This document shows, piece by piece, positions 15,822 through 24,572 of a stretch of 32,808 nt of DNA; positions within the stretch are counted from its first letter, which is position 1, and each line of letters opens with the position of its first letter. The stretch lies in IMG/VR virus record IMGVR_UViG_3300037458_001154. The stretch is one strand, 5' to 3'. Source of the stretch: a virus. The notes beneath the pieces are model-generated. The model searched no databases, was not told the origin of the DNA, and was given only the letters and a program-made list of their open reading frames with translations. A program made the position numbers and the translations under genes.

Positions 15822-16468
15822 CAGGATGCCCTCGCCAGGAGCCGCACGCGCTGCGCAGCGATCCCGCGGATCGCGTCGAGCGCGACGCGGCCGAGTTCGA
15901 TGTCCTGGGCCCGCGTGCGCTGGATTGGGTTCCGGACCGGTAGACCCTCTCCGCTCCAATGGCGCTCTGCGTAGTCGACCCGGGTTCCAAGAACGATGTA
16001 GGCATTCGGCCCAACGTCCCCGGCCTCGAGGATGTGATCCGGGCCCTTCGAGGTCAGCGATAGCCGCAGCCGGCGGGTCAGCTGCAGGATCTTGAACTCG
16101 CCCAGGGTCAGCCGGAACAGCCCGGAGCGATACCGCGCCGGAAGCTCACGGACCTCCTGCAGGAGCCCGCGGCGACCGGCCTTGATGAAGCCCCACTTGG
16201 CCCGCTTCTGGATCAGGTACCCCGGGCTGAGCTCGCGCCACCGCTGCCCGCCGGACGCGCCCTCGCTCTCGTAGAGGCTCGACATCATCACTCGGAACCG
16301 CGTGTCGACCTGTTCGGCGATCAGCCGGAGATCGGCCGCCGTCATCTCCAGCATCTGCGGAAGCGCCGCCAGGGCCGGGTTCACGCGCGTCGTAACCCTG
16401 ATCCGCGCATTCGCTGCGCGGTCGGCGTACTCGGCTCGCTTTGCGGCAAGACGGGCTTCCGAAGCCAT
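15821..16468 (-). CDS. Virion morphogenesis / head-tail joining protein (Mu gpG-like, tentative)
   Basis: Real start at MASEARLAAKR (ATGA overlap at 16468). The 215-aa product contains GQRWRELSPGYLIQKRAKWG. The upstream 232 codons of ORF 15821..17164 are Arg/Pro/Gly shadow. Confidence 0.55.
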   Translation of the reverse strand: MASEARLAAKRAEYADRAANARIRVTTRVNPALAALPQMLEMTAADLRLIAEQVDTRFRVMMSSLYESEGASGGQRWRELSPGYLIQKRAKWGFIKAGRRGLLQEVRELPARYRSGLFRLTLGEFKILQLTRRLRLSLTSKGPDHILEAGDVGPNAYIVLGTRVDYAERHWSGEGLPVRNPIQRTRAQDIELGRVALDAIRGIAAQRVRLLARAS

Positions 16469-16947
16469 CAGAACTCCAGCGTGTCCAGCGTTGGGAGGTA
16501 GTCGTCGTCGGTCTCGTCCGTCGAGTCGGTCACGAAGCTCCGATCGACGTCCTGCCCGGTGGCGTCCGAGCGGCCAGCCGCGCGGATCGTCGCCACGATG
16601 TCGTCGGCGATCGCGAGGTACGCTTTCGCCTTCTCCGGGACGCTCACCGTGTCCCGGGTCTGGTTCATCAGGATGGCGTCGGCCGCAGCCAGGTAGGCGT
16701 TCGCCTGGCCGCAGAGCCGGTACAGCCGGGCGTCTGCCCCGGTCGCCAGCAGCGGAGCCGACCCGGTGGAGACGGTCTTCGCCACGCCGATCGAGGCCAG
16801 CACGACCTCGAGCGCCGCGGCCCGCCGCGCCATCGTGTCGATCACCTGCTGCTCGGTCGGAACGGTCGACACGCTGAAGGCCCCGCGGCCCACCAGCGCC
16901 TCGACGTCGTCGACCAGGCAGAAGCAGTCGTTCTCGGTCAGCGCCAC
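16468..16947 (-). CDS. Head-tail connector/adaptor protein (gp6-like, tentative)
   Basis: 159-aa acidic helical protein downstream of the capsid gene. The call is positional. Confidence 0.55.
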   Translation of the reverse strand: MALTENDCFCLVDDVEALVGRGAFSVSTVPTEQQVIDTMARRAAALEVVLASIGVAKTVSTGSAPLLATGADARLYRLCGQANAYLAAADAILMNQTRDTVSVPEKAKAYLAIADDIVATIRAAGRSDATGQDVDRSFVTDSTDETDDDYLPTLDTLEF

Positions 16948-17243
16948 TGCGAGTCCCTCCGGCGCCGCGTGGTCCGGGGCGGAGCGGGAGCCGACACGGG
17001 CTTGGTGGAAGGCGCCGGAGCCGAAGCCCCGGCGCTCTCCGCCTTCTTCCTGCTGGCCTTCCTCGCGCCGGCGTCGAAGACCTCGAGGTGGTCCAGGCCG
17101 ACGGAGGAGGCCTCGCGCTGCTCCGCTTTGCTCCAGGCTGGCAGGGAGATGGTGACCCGCTCACCGCGCGGGAAGACCCGGCCGAAGGCCTCGCAGGACT
17201 CAGCCGGCCCGTTGTAGATGAAGACGTGCCACCATCTCGCCAT
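16938..17243 (-). CDS. Hypothetical protein (101 aa) downstream of the major capsid gene
   Basis: ATG start. Globular N-terminal part (MARWWHVFIYNGPAESCEAFGRVFPRGERVTISLPAW) followed by an Ala/Pro/Ser/Arg-rich tail. Confidence 0.5.
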   Translation of the reverse strand: MARWWHVFIYNGPAESCEAFGRVFPRGERVTISLPAWSKAEQREASSVGLDHLEVFDAGARKASRKKAESAGASAPAPSTKPVSAPAPPRTTRRRRDSQWR

Positions 17244-17258
17244 GCTTCACCCCAGCGG

Positions 17259-18191
17259 CTAGGTGAACTTGTAGCCGCAGACGTAGCGCCAGTCGCCGTA
17301 CCCGACGTTGAAGTACCCGAAGGACGAGAAGTACGCGTCCTTCGTCATGAACTCGTAGTCGCCGCCCAGGTTGTCCTCGAGCGTGACGTCCTCGGCGACC
17401 TGGTAGATGAACGGCTTGCGGGCGCCCGAGGCGTTGAACATGTAGCAGCGTCCGTCCGACGTGGTCGGCGCCGTGAGCCACGGGTTGACCCGGACCTCGA
17501 ACGCGCCCTGGAGCACGTTCCCGACCGGGCCGGTGATCTGGGACTGGGTCGCGATCCGCTCTGCCACCGTCTTGTAGAGCGGCGGGACCATCAGGACGAG
17601 CTTCGCGCCCATCGCCGGCATGACCGGGTCGCCCTCGTTGTCCTTGAAGCCGTGGAGGGCGTCGATCATGGCCGCGCAGGCGGTGTACATCTCGGTGTCG
17701 GTCGGGAGCGCCGCCGTGGCTGCCGAGGTCAGGTAGTTGCTCTGGTTGGTCGTGTAGACCGCGCCCGGGTCGGTGTGGTCGGTGTCGAAGAAGTACTGGC
17801 TGTCGTAGCAGGTCGCCGTGGCGCCGTTGATAACCAGGTCGGACAGCAGCGACTGCTGGAAGTTGCGGGCCTTCTGGCCGAGGTTGCCGAGCACCGCCTG
17901 GACCGCGCCGAGCTTCCCGTACTTCCGGGTCTCGTAGTCGATCGCGACGGTGGCCTCCCACTTCTTGTTCTTGATCGTCCAGTCGAAGGACGGGATCGGC
18001 TTGGCGACCTTCGACCCGACCATCTCCCGCATCTTCGGGGCGTAGCCCAGCCAGGGGTAGTTCTCCTGGTCGGCGTTGGAGTCGACACGCTGGACCAGAC
18101 CGTCGAAGACGGACGGCCAGCTCTCGTAGCTCTGCCAGAACGCGGCCTTCGCGGTCGCGCGGATGAGGGCGTCGGAGTGAGTCAGCGGCAT
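17259..18191 (-). CDS. Major capsid protein (Mu gpT-like)
   Basis: 310 aa with AGGAGG 7 nt before the ATG. The N-terminal pattern ENYPWLGYAPKMREMVGSKVAKPIPSFDWTIKNKKWEATVAIDYETRKYGKLG resembles the Mu-like major head subunit family as I recall it. It follows the protease/scaffold and decoration-like genes. Confidence 0.8.
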   Translation of the reverse strand: MPLTHSDALIRATAKAAFWQSYESWPSVFDGLVQRVDSNADQENYPWLGYAPKMREMVGSKVAKPIPSFDWTIKNKKWEATVAIDYETRKYGKLGAVQAVLGNLGQKARNFQQSLLSDLVINGATATCYDSQYFFDTDHTDPGAVYTTNQSNYLTSAATAALPTDTEMYTACAAMIDALHGFKDNEGDPVMPAMGAKLVLMVPPLYKTVAERIATQSQITGPVGNVLQGAFEVRVNPWLTAPTTSDGRCYMFNASGARKPFIYQVAEDVTLEDNLGGDYEFMTKDAYFSSFGYFNVGYGDWRYVCGYKFT

Positions 18192-18203
18192 GGGTCAGTC
18201 CTC

Positions 18204-18692
18204 CTAGTATTCCCAGTCCGCAGACGTGGCGTTGTAGATCCACCCGGTGACGCCGGGCCCGAGTTCGACGTAGGCCGTCGAGTCGTAGTACGACACGATC
18301 TTGCCGAGCATGCAGTCATTCGCCGCCTCGGTCGCGTCGACGGTCGACACGCAGTCGGCCGGGTTGTCGGTGACGGCCGCGGAGACGTCCATGATCGCGA
18401 AGCCGCCGATGTCGGTGTTGTCGATGCTCGACATGCCCTTGATCGCGAAGATCCCGGAGGTGTAGATGTCGACGAGGTCGCCGGCGGCGGTCGTGGTGAC
18501 CTGACGGGCGCAGATCCCGAGGATCTTGTCGCCCGCGGCGGGAGTGACGGTGGCGGTCGCACCGGACGGTGTCGAGAAGTCCGCCCACACGATCGCGCCC
18601 TCGTAGAAGATGTCCGCCGCCGTGCAGGGCACCGAGATCTTGACCGGCGTCCCCATCACCGCGACGTTTGCGTTCTTTGCCAGAACGGCCAT
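18204..18692 (-). CDS. Head decoration/cement-like protein (tentative)
   Basis: 162-aa beta-rich ORF directly upstream of the major capsid gene. The call is positional and compositional only. Confidence 0.5.
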   Translation of the reverse strand: MAVLAKNANVAVMGTPVKISVPCTAADIFYEGAIVWADFSTPSGATATVTPAAGDKILGICARQVTTTAAGDLVDIYTSGIFAIKGMSSIDNTDIGGFAIMDVSAAVTDNPADCVSTVDATEAANDCMLGKIVSYYDSTAYVELGPGVTGWIYNATSADWEY

Positions 18693-18695
18693 GAA

Positions 18696-19835
18696 TTACC
18701 CCTTTTTGATGAGCTTGAGATCGGACTCGGACTCGACCGTCGCGAACGCCGGGTCGAGGCCGAGCCGGGCCAGGGTCTCCTTCGCGCCCGCCGGCAGGTC
18801 GTCGTCGTCGTGCGACTGACGGCCGGACGAGAGCGCCGCGCCCTTGCGCCCGCGGAGGTGGCTGACGTGGTCCTCGAAGGCCTCGAAGGACGCGAAGGTG
18901 GTCTTCATCCACCGCACCGGGTCCTTCTCGCTGCCCTCGAAGACGGCCGCGTCCACGCCGCGGTCGAGCGCCCGGCCGATGACCTTCTTGACGGCCTGGG
19001 AGAGGTTCTCGTTCTTCGCCGCGTTGAGCTGCTCGCGGGTCTTCTCGAGCTCCGAGGACAGGGAATCGACCGTCCCCTGCAGCTCGGACTTCGCGGCCCG
19101 CTCCGCCCGCACCTGCGCCTGGAGGGTGGCGATCTCGACGCCCGACTTCCCGGCGTCCACGCTGACCTTCTCGGCCGCCTGCTTGGCGGTTTCCAGCGCC
19201 AGGCGGGCCGACTTCAGCTCGGCCGCCAGCGCCTCCAGCTCCTTGTCCTTGACGTTCAGCTGCGCCTCGAGGGACGACAGCTTCTCTTCGCTCATGGGAT
19301 TCTCCTTGATGGAGTTGAGGACAGTCGCGGCGGATTCCGCGGCGATCTGTTCGTTCCGGAAGTGGACGTCGGCCGCCGGCCGGTTCGTGAAGACCCCGCC
19401 CCAGACGGCCCAGGTGGTGAAGCTCGCAGTCGGGAGCTCTATCCCCTTCGCGATGTCAACCGAGAACCCGCGCCACTGACCGGCCGCGACCTCCCGGAAC
19501 AGGTTGGAGGTCAAGAAGATCCGCGCGTACAGGTGGTCGTCGCGGACCTCCATGCCCTCGATGAACCCAGGCGCCGCTCCGGCCGTGTCCGCCCAGCTGC
19601 GGTGCGGCTGGACGTTGATCGGCACGGGTCCGGGCCAGGCGGAGAAGTTCGCCGCCATCTGCGCCAGATCCTCCGGCGTGATGGTGAGCTCCCCTTCCCC
19701 ACCGCCCGAGGTCAGCGCCCGGTTGATGGTGCCGGCCCGGAGAATCGGCATCTCGACGACGCCCGAACCATCGGGGTTCGTCCGCAGGATGCGGAGGCTC
19801 GCGGGAGCGGCAGCTGTGAACAGTCCGAGTTCCAT
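18696..19835 (-). CDS. Head maturation protease / scaffold (Mu gpI-like)
   Basis: Start at MELGLFTAAAPASLRIL (19835). The N-domain has EMPILRAGT...LTITPEDLAQMAANF...PINVQPH. A long coiled-coil scaffold-like C-terminal half follows (EEKLSSLEAQLNVKDKELEALAAELKSARLALE...). It lies between the portal and capsid genes. Confidence 0.7.
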   Translation of the reverse strand: MELGLFTAAAPASLRILRTNPDGSGVVEMPILRAGTINRALTSGGGEGELTITPEDLAQMAANFSAWPGPVPINVQPHRSWADTAGAAPGFIEGMEVRDDHLYARIFLTSNLFREVAAGQWRGFSVDIAKGIELPTASFTTWAVWGGVFTNRPAADVHFRNEQIAAESAATVLNSIKENPMSEEKLSSLEAQLNVKDKELEALAAELKSARLALETAKQAAEKVSVDAGKSGVEIATLQAQVRAERAAKSELQGTVDSLSSELEKTREQLNAAKNENLSQAVKKVIGRALDRGVDAAVFEGSEKDPVRWMKTTFASFEAFEDHVSHLRGRKGAALSSGRQSHDDDDLPAGAKETLARLGLDPAFATVESESDLKLIKKG

Positions 19836-19837
19836 GC

Positions 19838-22279
19838 TCACCTCTCGACGTCGATGAACGGGAACCGCTTCTCGATGTCCTCGGGCAGCCAGGTCTGGGT
19901 GCGCCAGTTCGCGTCCTGGGACAGGTCCTTGCTCACCCCGACGTAGATGCAGCGGCAACGCTCCTTGCCCAGGCACTTCGCCGGCGGCATCAGCGCGTAG
20001 TACTCGTCCGTCCCGATCTCGACGACGTGCGCGTCGACGTCCAGGCAGGGGTCGCAGATCACGCGGTCGAGGATCCCGGTCCGGATCGCGAAGGTCGCGG
20101 CGTCCACCGACCGGGCCGTCTCGAGCGCCATGTCCCGGCCCTGGTTGTAGGCCACGGACGACGCCTTCCGCGCCTGGTCGCTGACCGGTTTGTCCGAGAG
20201 CGAGTCGATGAACCGGTCCATCGCGGCGACCAGGGCTTCGCCTTCGAGACCCTCGCGCGTCAGCCGGACGTACTCGGCCAGCGTCTCGCGCATCACGCGG
20301 TCCCAGATCTCGCCAATCGACATCTCGGCGAACAGCCGGATCTCGTCGCCGAACACCTCGACCGACTCCCGGAGCAGGACCCGGCCGGCGACCACCTTCC
20401 GCGCCGGCTCGCCCTTCCTGGGGTCCGGGGCCGCCGAGGCCAGCCCGGCCTGGCGCCGGTGCTGCCGCTCGAGCTCGTCGGCGACGTGCTGGACGCCCTG
20501 CTCCCCGGTGGCGACCATCGGAGGCAGCAGCTCGGCCATCGCCCGCCCCATGCCACGGAACCGGGAGCGGCGCTGGGTGTCGATCGAGCGCCGGGAGATC
20601 TTCCCGTCGGCTACCCGCTTCTTGATCTCGTCCTTGACCATCCGGAGTGCGGACTTCAGGGCGATCTCGCAGTCCACCTGTCCGACCCGGAACGCCTCCT
20701 CGACCGCGCCCAGGTTGACGTACTCGGCCTCGAGGCGGGTCAGCGGGCGGCGCCGGCTGCCGGCTGACCCGACCGGGTCGAGCAGGCCCAGCGTCGCTGT
20801 GTCCGTGGTCGTCAGAGCGCCGCGGTCCTCCTGCGGGTCGTCTTCCGGATCCTCTTCCGGCTCGGGCTGCGGCTTGCCGTTCGGGCCGGGCGGCTGCAGC
20901 ATCTCGGCCGGCTCGATCTCGTAGGCCTCGTCCGGCAGGACGTAGCCGAGACGCTCGGTGACCTGTCGCCGCAGATCGGGGTGGTCCGGGATCAGCCCGG
21001 CTGTCTTGGCGGCGATGAGGCCATCGAGCGTCTCGAGCTGCTCACCCGGCGAGACGTTCGATACCGTCAGGCACGGGTATGCCTGGACGCCACGGAAGTT
21101 TCGGTCGACCAGTTCCTCGATGAGACCGGGCATGTTCCCGATCCCGTGCGTCTCCCACTCGCAGATGATCTCGCCGATCGCCCGCACCTGGAGCATCTCG
21201 AGCTTCTGCTGCGAGTCGGCGACCGCGCGAGCGCCGCGGGCGGTCTCCCCCAGGAGCATGTGCTTGGTCCCGCCGACGTGCGCGATCTCCTGGTTCTCCA
21301 TCTCGATGACCGAGCGGGAGCGGTCGATCTCGCCCGTCTCCGAACCGGCGTAGGACACGTCCGCAGCCTCGCCGTCCGAGCCCTTCGGGCCGACGAAGAA
21401 GGCATGGGACGGCGCCGTGCCGCGCAGCTCGCGGACGAACGTCTTGAACCGGGTGATCTCCTCGTCCGACCACGACTGCGGGTAGGCCCCGATCGGCGGC
21501 GGCGCCCCGACCTTCTGGGCCCAGATCGTCGCCATCCGCTGGACGAAGTCCTTCCGGTACCAGGGACCGTACATCGCCCGGATGAAGGGCGTCCCCTCGA
21601 ACCGGGCTCCCTTCATGTCCCAGACGTACAGCGCGAGGTCTTCCGCTTCGATCGGGTCCTGCAGCTGCGGCATCCCGCCCGGGCTGTTGTAGGTGCGGAA
21701 GACCCCGAGGAACTCGTCCGTCTTCTCGTCCACCCGCCAGCCGTGCGGGTCGACGCTGGACGGCTCGAGCCAGGTCAGGCGGTCGAGGACATGCTTGCCA
21801 CCGACCGGCCGCCACGACTTCGCGAACATCGCGAACCCGTACTCGAGCATCGACAGGATCTCGGGCAGCCGCTGGGCGGTCCAGCTGGTCTCAGTCCAGT
21901 ACTCCCGGCCGTACTTCTCGGTCGGCTTCCGCAGCAGCACGGCCGAGACGAAGTCCGCGATCTCGAGGTCGCGCTCGTCCTCGGAGGCCGGCTTTATCTC
22001 CCACTTCGCGTTGACCAGTGGCAGGGTGTTGACCCGGAGCGCCCCCTTGACGTGCGGATCGCTCGTCATCTTGGCGAGCGTCACCCACTTGTCCCTGCCG
22101 CGGAAGGCTTCGTTGAGCTCGTAATCGAACTCGCCCCAAGTGATCGGGACGCCGCTGGCCTCGCGCAGCGTGCGCTTCGCCGACTGCGCCTCGAGCTTGA
22201 GAGTCTGGACCCGGCGCTCGAGCGCCGTCAGCTCGGCGGTCAGTTCCGGCATCAGCCACCGACGGAGTGCGTTTCGCAT
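19838..22279 (-). CDS. Portal protein (DUF935/Mu gpH-like) fused to a MuF/SPP1 gp7-like head morphogenesis domain
   Basis: Start at MRNALRRW (ATGA overlap with the TerL stop at 22279). 813 aa: about 520 aa portal-like, then an acidic Pro-rich linker (PEPEEDPEDDPQED), then a C-terminal domain with AYNQGR and a Cys cluster (ICDPCLDVDAHVVEIG...CLGKERCRC) typical of MuF-type proteins. Confidence 0.75.
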   Translation of the reverse strand: MRNALRRWLMPELTAELTALERRVQTLKLEAQSAKRTLREASGVPITWGEFDYELNEAFRGRDKWVTLAKMTSDPHVKGALRVNTLPLVNAKWEIKPASEDERDLEIADFVSAVLLRKPTEKYGREYWTETSWTAQRLPEILSMLEYGFAMFAKSWRPVGGKHVLDRLTWLEPSSVDPHGWRVDEKTDEFLGVFRTYNSPGGMPQLQDPIEAEDLALYVWDMKGARFEGTPFIRAMYGPWYRKDFVQRMATIWAQKVGAPPPIGAYPQSWSDEEITRFKTFVRELRGTAPSHAFFVGPKGSDGEAADVSYAGSETGEIDRSRSVIEMENQEIAHVGGTKHMLLGETARGARAVADSQQKLEMLQVRAIGEIICEWETHGIGNMPGLIEELVDRNFRGVQAYPCLTVSNVSPGEQLETLDGLIAAKTAGLIPDHPDLRRQVTERLGYVLPDEAYEIEPAEMLQPPGPNGKPQPEPEEDPEDDPQEDRGALTTTDTATLGLLDPVGSAGSRRRPLTRLEAEYVNLGAVEEAFRVGQVDCEIALKSALRMVKDEIKKRVADGKISRRSIDTQRRSRFRGMGRAMAELLPPMVATGEQGVQHVADELERQHRRQAGLASAAPDPRKGEPARKVVAGRVLLRESVEVFGDEIRLFAEMSIGEIWDRVMRETLAEYVRLTREGLEGEALVAAMDRFIDSLSDKPVSDQARKASSVAYNQGRDMALETARSVDAATFAIRTGILDRVICDPCLDVDAHVVEIGTDEYYALMPPAKCLGKERCRCIYVGVSKDLSQDANWRTQTWLPEDIEKRFPFIDVER

Positions 22280-23577
22280 CAGAAGGCGGCCTCCAGGATC
22301 GGATCCGGGGCACGGAACGCCGGCTCGGGCAGTTCCGGCCGGGACGCGGCATGGGTCGGGGCGAGCTGCCACAGCGCGTAGCCCAGGGCGTCGCTGGCAT
22401 GTGTGCGCTGCAGGTCGGCGGCTTTGTCGATCTCGGTCGTTCCCGGGCGCCAGGCGACGCGCTCGAGGTCGAGGATCAGCTCCCGGCACTTCGGGTCGAT
22501 GTAGGTCTTCCGGCTGCGGCCGGCGAGGTGGTAGTTCACCAGTTGCACGCGCTCGTGAACGCGCGGGTTCGCTGCTGGCACATTGAACCGGACCGACGTG
22601 AAGTGCGGACGTAGCTCTTCGCCCAGCACGGCATAGTCAGTCGATCCGGAAGTCGACCGCGCCTGGCCGGCGGCGTCTCCGGTGACCGTCAGGTCGAAGC
22701 ACTGACCCTTGTAGCGGCGCACGAACTCGCGAGCGGCCTCTTGAGTCGACCCGCCCTGACCGAGCGCGATCTCGTCGATCACGCGGATCTCACCCGGTAG
22801 GAGTTGCAGTACTTCCCAGCGCATCGCGTCGACGTTGAAGTCGCAGGCCAGGACCATCGGCAGGCGGCGCTCGTGGATGAGCTCGCAGACGTGGGTCGCC
22901 CGGGAGAACTGGTTGTAAGCCCTGCCCTGGCGCAGCGGGACGAACGCGCCGCGGGCGTAGGTGTCGAACAGCGCCCGGTCGTAGCCGTAGGTCGCCTTGA
23001 GCTTCTCGGGGTAGTCCGCCAGGGAGGCGTGCCAGTGGCGGGCCCAGATCGTCCGCCGGCCGGACTGCGGGTCGGGGTCTCCGAACAGGTCGGCCAGCCA
23101 GTTGATCCCCTCGGGCGTGCCGGCGAGGGCCATCTGCTTGACGGCGGAGAGCGGATGCCGGATACGGGAGCAGGCGACGTCGTAGGCTTCGCGGCTGATT
23201 TGCCCGGGCTCGTCCACCATCGCGTCGCCGACGTTGACGCCCTTCATGCGGTCCGGCTCTTCGGCCGACATCAGCCAGGTGAAGGTGCCCCAGGGCCAGC
23301 GAAAGCATCCGCGCTGGTGTTGGACTTCGACCGGGAACCCGAGCGACTCCCAGATCGCCGGCCATTCGCGCTTGTGGATCCGCTCGGCCATGCCGTGGGT
23401 CGGGACGAGCAGGAGGCCGTCGCACTTGGCGTTGGCAAGCCGGAGCAGCAGCTGCTTGACGGCCAGCCCGTAGGTCTTCCCGCATCCGAGCGGTCCGATC
23501 ATCGCCAGCTCGCGCGACGTCTGATCGGCCCAGAACTGCTCCTGGTGCGGGAGGCCTCTGACCGACAGCTCAGTCAT
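22279..23577 (-). CDS. terL: Terminase large subunit
   Basis: 432 aa with Walker A GPLGCGKT and Walker B-like VGDAMVDEPG, plus a C-terminal nuclease-like half (ACDFNVD...THASDALGY). It lies immediately upstream of the portal gene. Confidence 0.85.
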   Translation of the reverse strand: MTELSVRGLPHQEQFWADQTSRELAMIGPLGCGKTYGLAVKQLLLRLANAKCDGLLLVPTHGMAERIHKREWPAIWESLGFPVEVQHQRGCFRWPWGTFTWLMSAEEPDRMKGVNVGDAMVDEPGQISREAYDVACSRIRHPLSAVKQMALAGTPEGINWLADLFGDPDPQSGRRTIWARHWHASLADYPEKLKATYGYDRALFDTYARGAFVPLRQGRAYNQFSRATHVCELIHERRLPMVLACDFNVDAMRWEVLQLLPGEIRVIDEIALGQGGSTQEAAREFVRRYKGQCFDLTVTGDAAGQARSTSGSTDYAVLGEELRPHFTSVRFNVPAANPRVHERVQLVNYHLAGRSRKTYIDPKCRELILDLERVAWRPGTTEIDKAADLQRTHASDALGYALWQLAPTHAASRPELPEPAFRAPDPILEAAF

Positions 23578-23857
23578 CCGAGCCGCCGATCGCGATCGCT
23601 TCGGCCTTCTGGATGACGATCTTCAGCGGTCCAGACGGAAGGTCGATCTTGGTGTGGACGTCGAGCGTCTGTCCGGGCCTCCCGTAGCCGTGCTCGAAGG
23701 TCTTCAGGAAGGCCTCAGTGTCCCCGGCGTCGAGCTTGGCGCGGAGGTTGGCCTCGTACTTTCGACGGAGTGATTCTTCGTCAACGAGACGACGGAACCA
23801 TTCACGCCCTTTCGGGTTGATCGGCTTGAGCCCGCTTCGTCCCTTGACGCCGGCCAT
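23570..23857 (-). CDS. Terminase small subunit (tentative)
   Basis: 95-aa basic protein starting MAGVKGRSGLKP, an N-terminus I recall as common in small terminases. It overlaps the terL start. Confidence 0.5.
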   Translation of the reverse strand: MAGVKGRSGLKPINPKGREWFRRLVDEESLRRKYEANLRAKLDAGDTEAFLKTFEHGYGRPGQTLDVHTKIDLPSGPLKIVIQKAEAIAIGGSDD

Positions 23858-23928
23858 TTTGCCCCGTGACCAAAAATGGACTCTGGCCCGGGTCGCTTAT
23901 CCCGCGGGATCGTGCCGAAGGCAACGGA

Positions 23929-24207
23929 TCAGTTCGGGTACTCCGACTTGGGTATGCGAATTCTTCGTTGCAGGGCGATTCGGACGTACTGGTGGACGGG
24001 AATGCGTCGCTTCTGGGCCTCACGCAGGACGTGGGCCTTGAGCTCCTTTCCCAGGTACAGGGACAGGTGGGCCGAGTGGAAGCGGTACCTGATCCAGGCC
24101 GGGTAGCAGCGCCGGCAGACGGCAGCGTTCTCGGCGTTGCGGGGTTCGTTCTGCCGGGGCTTGCCGCAGATCTTGCAGGGGCGCCGTGCTCCGATGTGTC
24201 CACTCAT
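23929..24207 (-). CDS. Zinc-ribbon + ribbon-helix-helix DNA-binding protein
   Basis: Start at MSGHIGARRP (24207). It has CKIC...CRRC followed by an RHH-like HLSLYLGKELKAHVLREAQKRRIPVHQYVRIALQ. The upstream part of ORF 23929..24318 is shadow. Confidence 0.6.
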   Translation of the reverse strand: MSGHIGARRPCKICGKPRQNEPRNAENAAVCRRCYPAWIRYRFHSAHLSLYLGKELKAHVLREAQKRRIPVHQYVRIALQRRIRIPKSEYPN

Positions 24208-24572
24208 CGGCGGGCCATGAATCCCGGGAGTTGGTCGTAGGGCACAAACCCGGCGGGAGGTTCGGGAGTCCAGCCGAGGGGAACTTTCTCCCCTTCGTGG
24301 GCTCCGCACAGGGGGCACGGATGTATCCCTTTCGCCCAGATGCAGTCATCTCCGTCGAGGTGCCTCTTCGCTCCGAGGGAACATTCGGTGCAGGGGACGA
24401 CGCCGAGTGCGATGCGTCCGTAGGACTCCCTGGAGACGTACAGCCGGCCCGTGTCCATGCAGGCGAGGCAGGTATACCTCCCCTCGTCAAAACGGCTCCT
24501 GGCGTCTCGTAGGCGCTCCAGCTCGGCTCGGGAGGTCTGGTCGGTGACGTGCTTCACCGTGGCGGCTCCCAT
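24204..24572 (-). CDS. Cysteine-rich zinc-finger protein (three CxxC-type motifs)
   Basis: 122 aa with CLACMDTG, CTECSLG and CPLCGAHEG. It follows the structured region at 24590-24722. Confidence 0.6.
   Translation of the reverse strand: MGAATVKHVTDQTSRAELERLRDARSRFDEGRYTCLACMDTGRLYVSRESYGRIALGVVPCTECSLGAKRHLDGDDCIWAKGIHPCPLCGAHEGEKVPLGWTPEPPAGFVPYDQLPGFMARR

Noticed and set aside
16469-17164. N-terminal 232 codons of ORF 15821..17164
   Set aside because: This is Arg/Pro/Gly shadow overlapping two well-supported genes in other frames. The real gene starts at the ATGA junction at 16468.
17088-19946. 952-aa plus-strand ORF, the longest in the window
   Set aside because: It is antisense to the capsid, decoration and protease/scaffold genes. 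Its composition is dominated by Arg, Gly, Asp, Val, Pro and Leu, as expected for a shadow frame of high-GC coding DNA. It has no motifs and no SD sequence.
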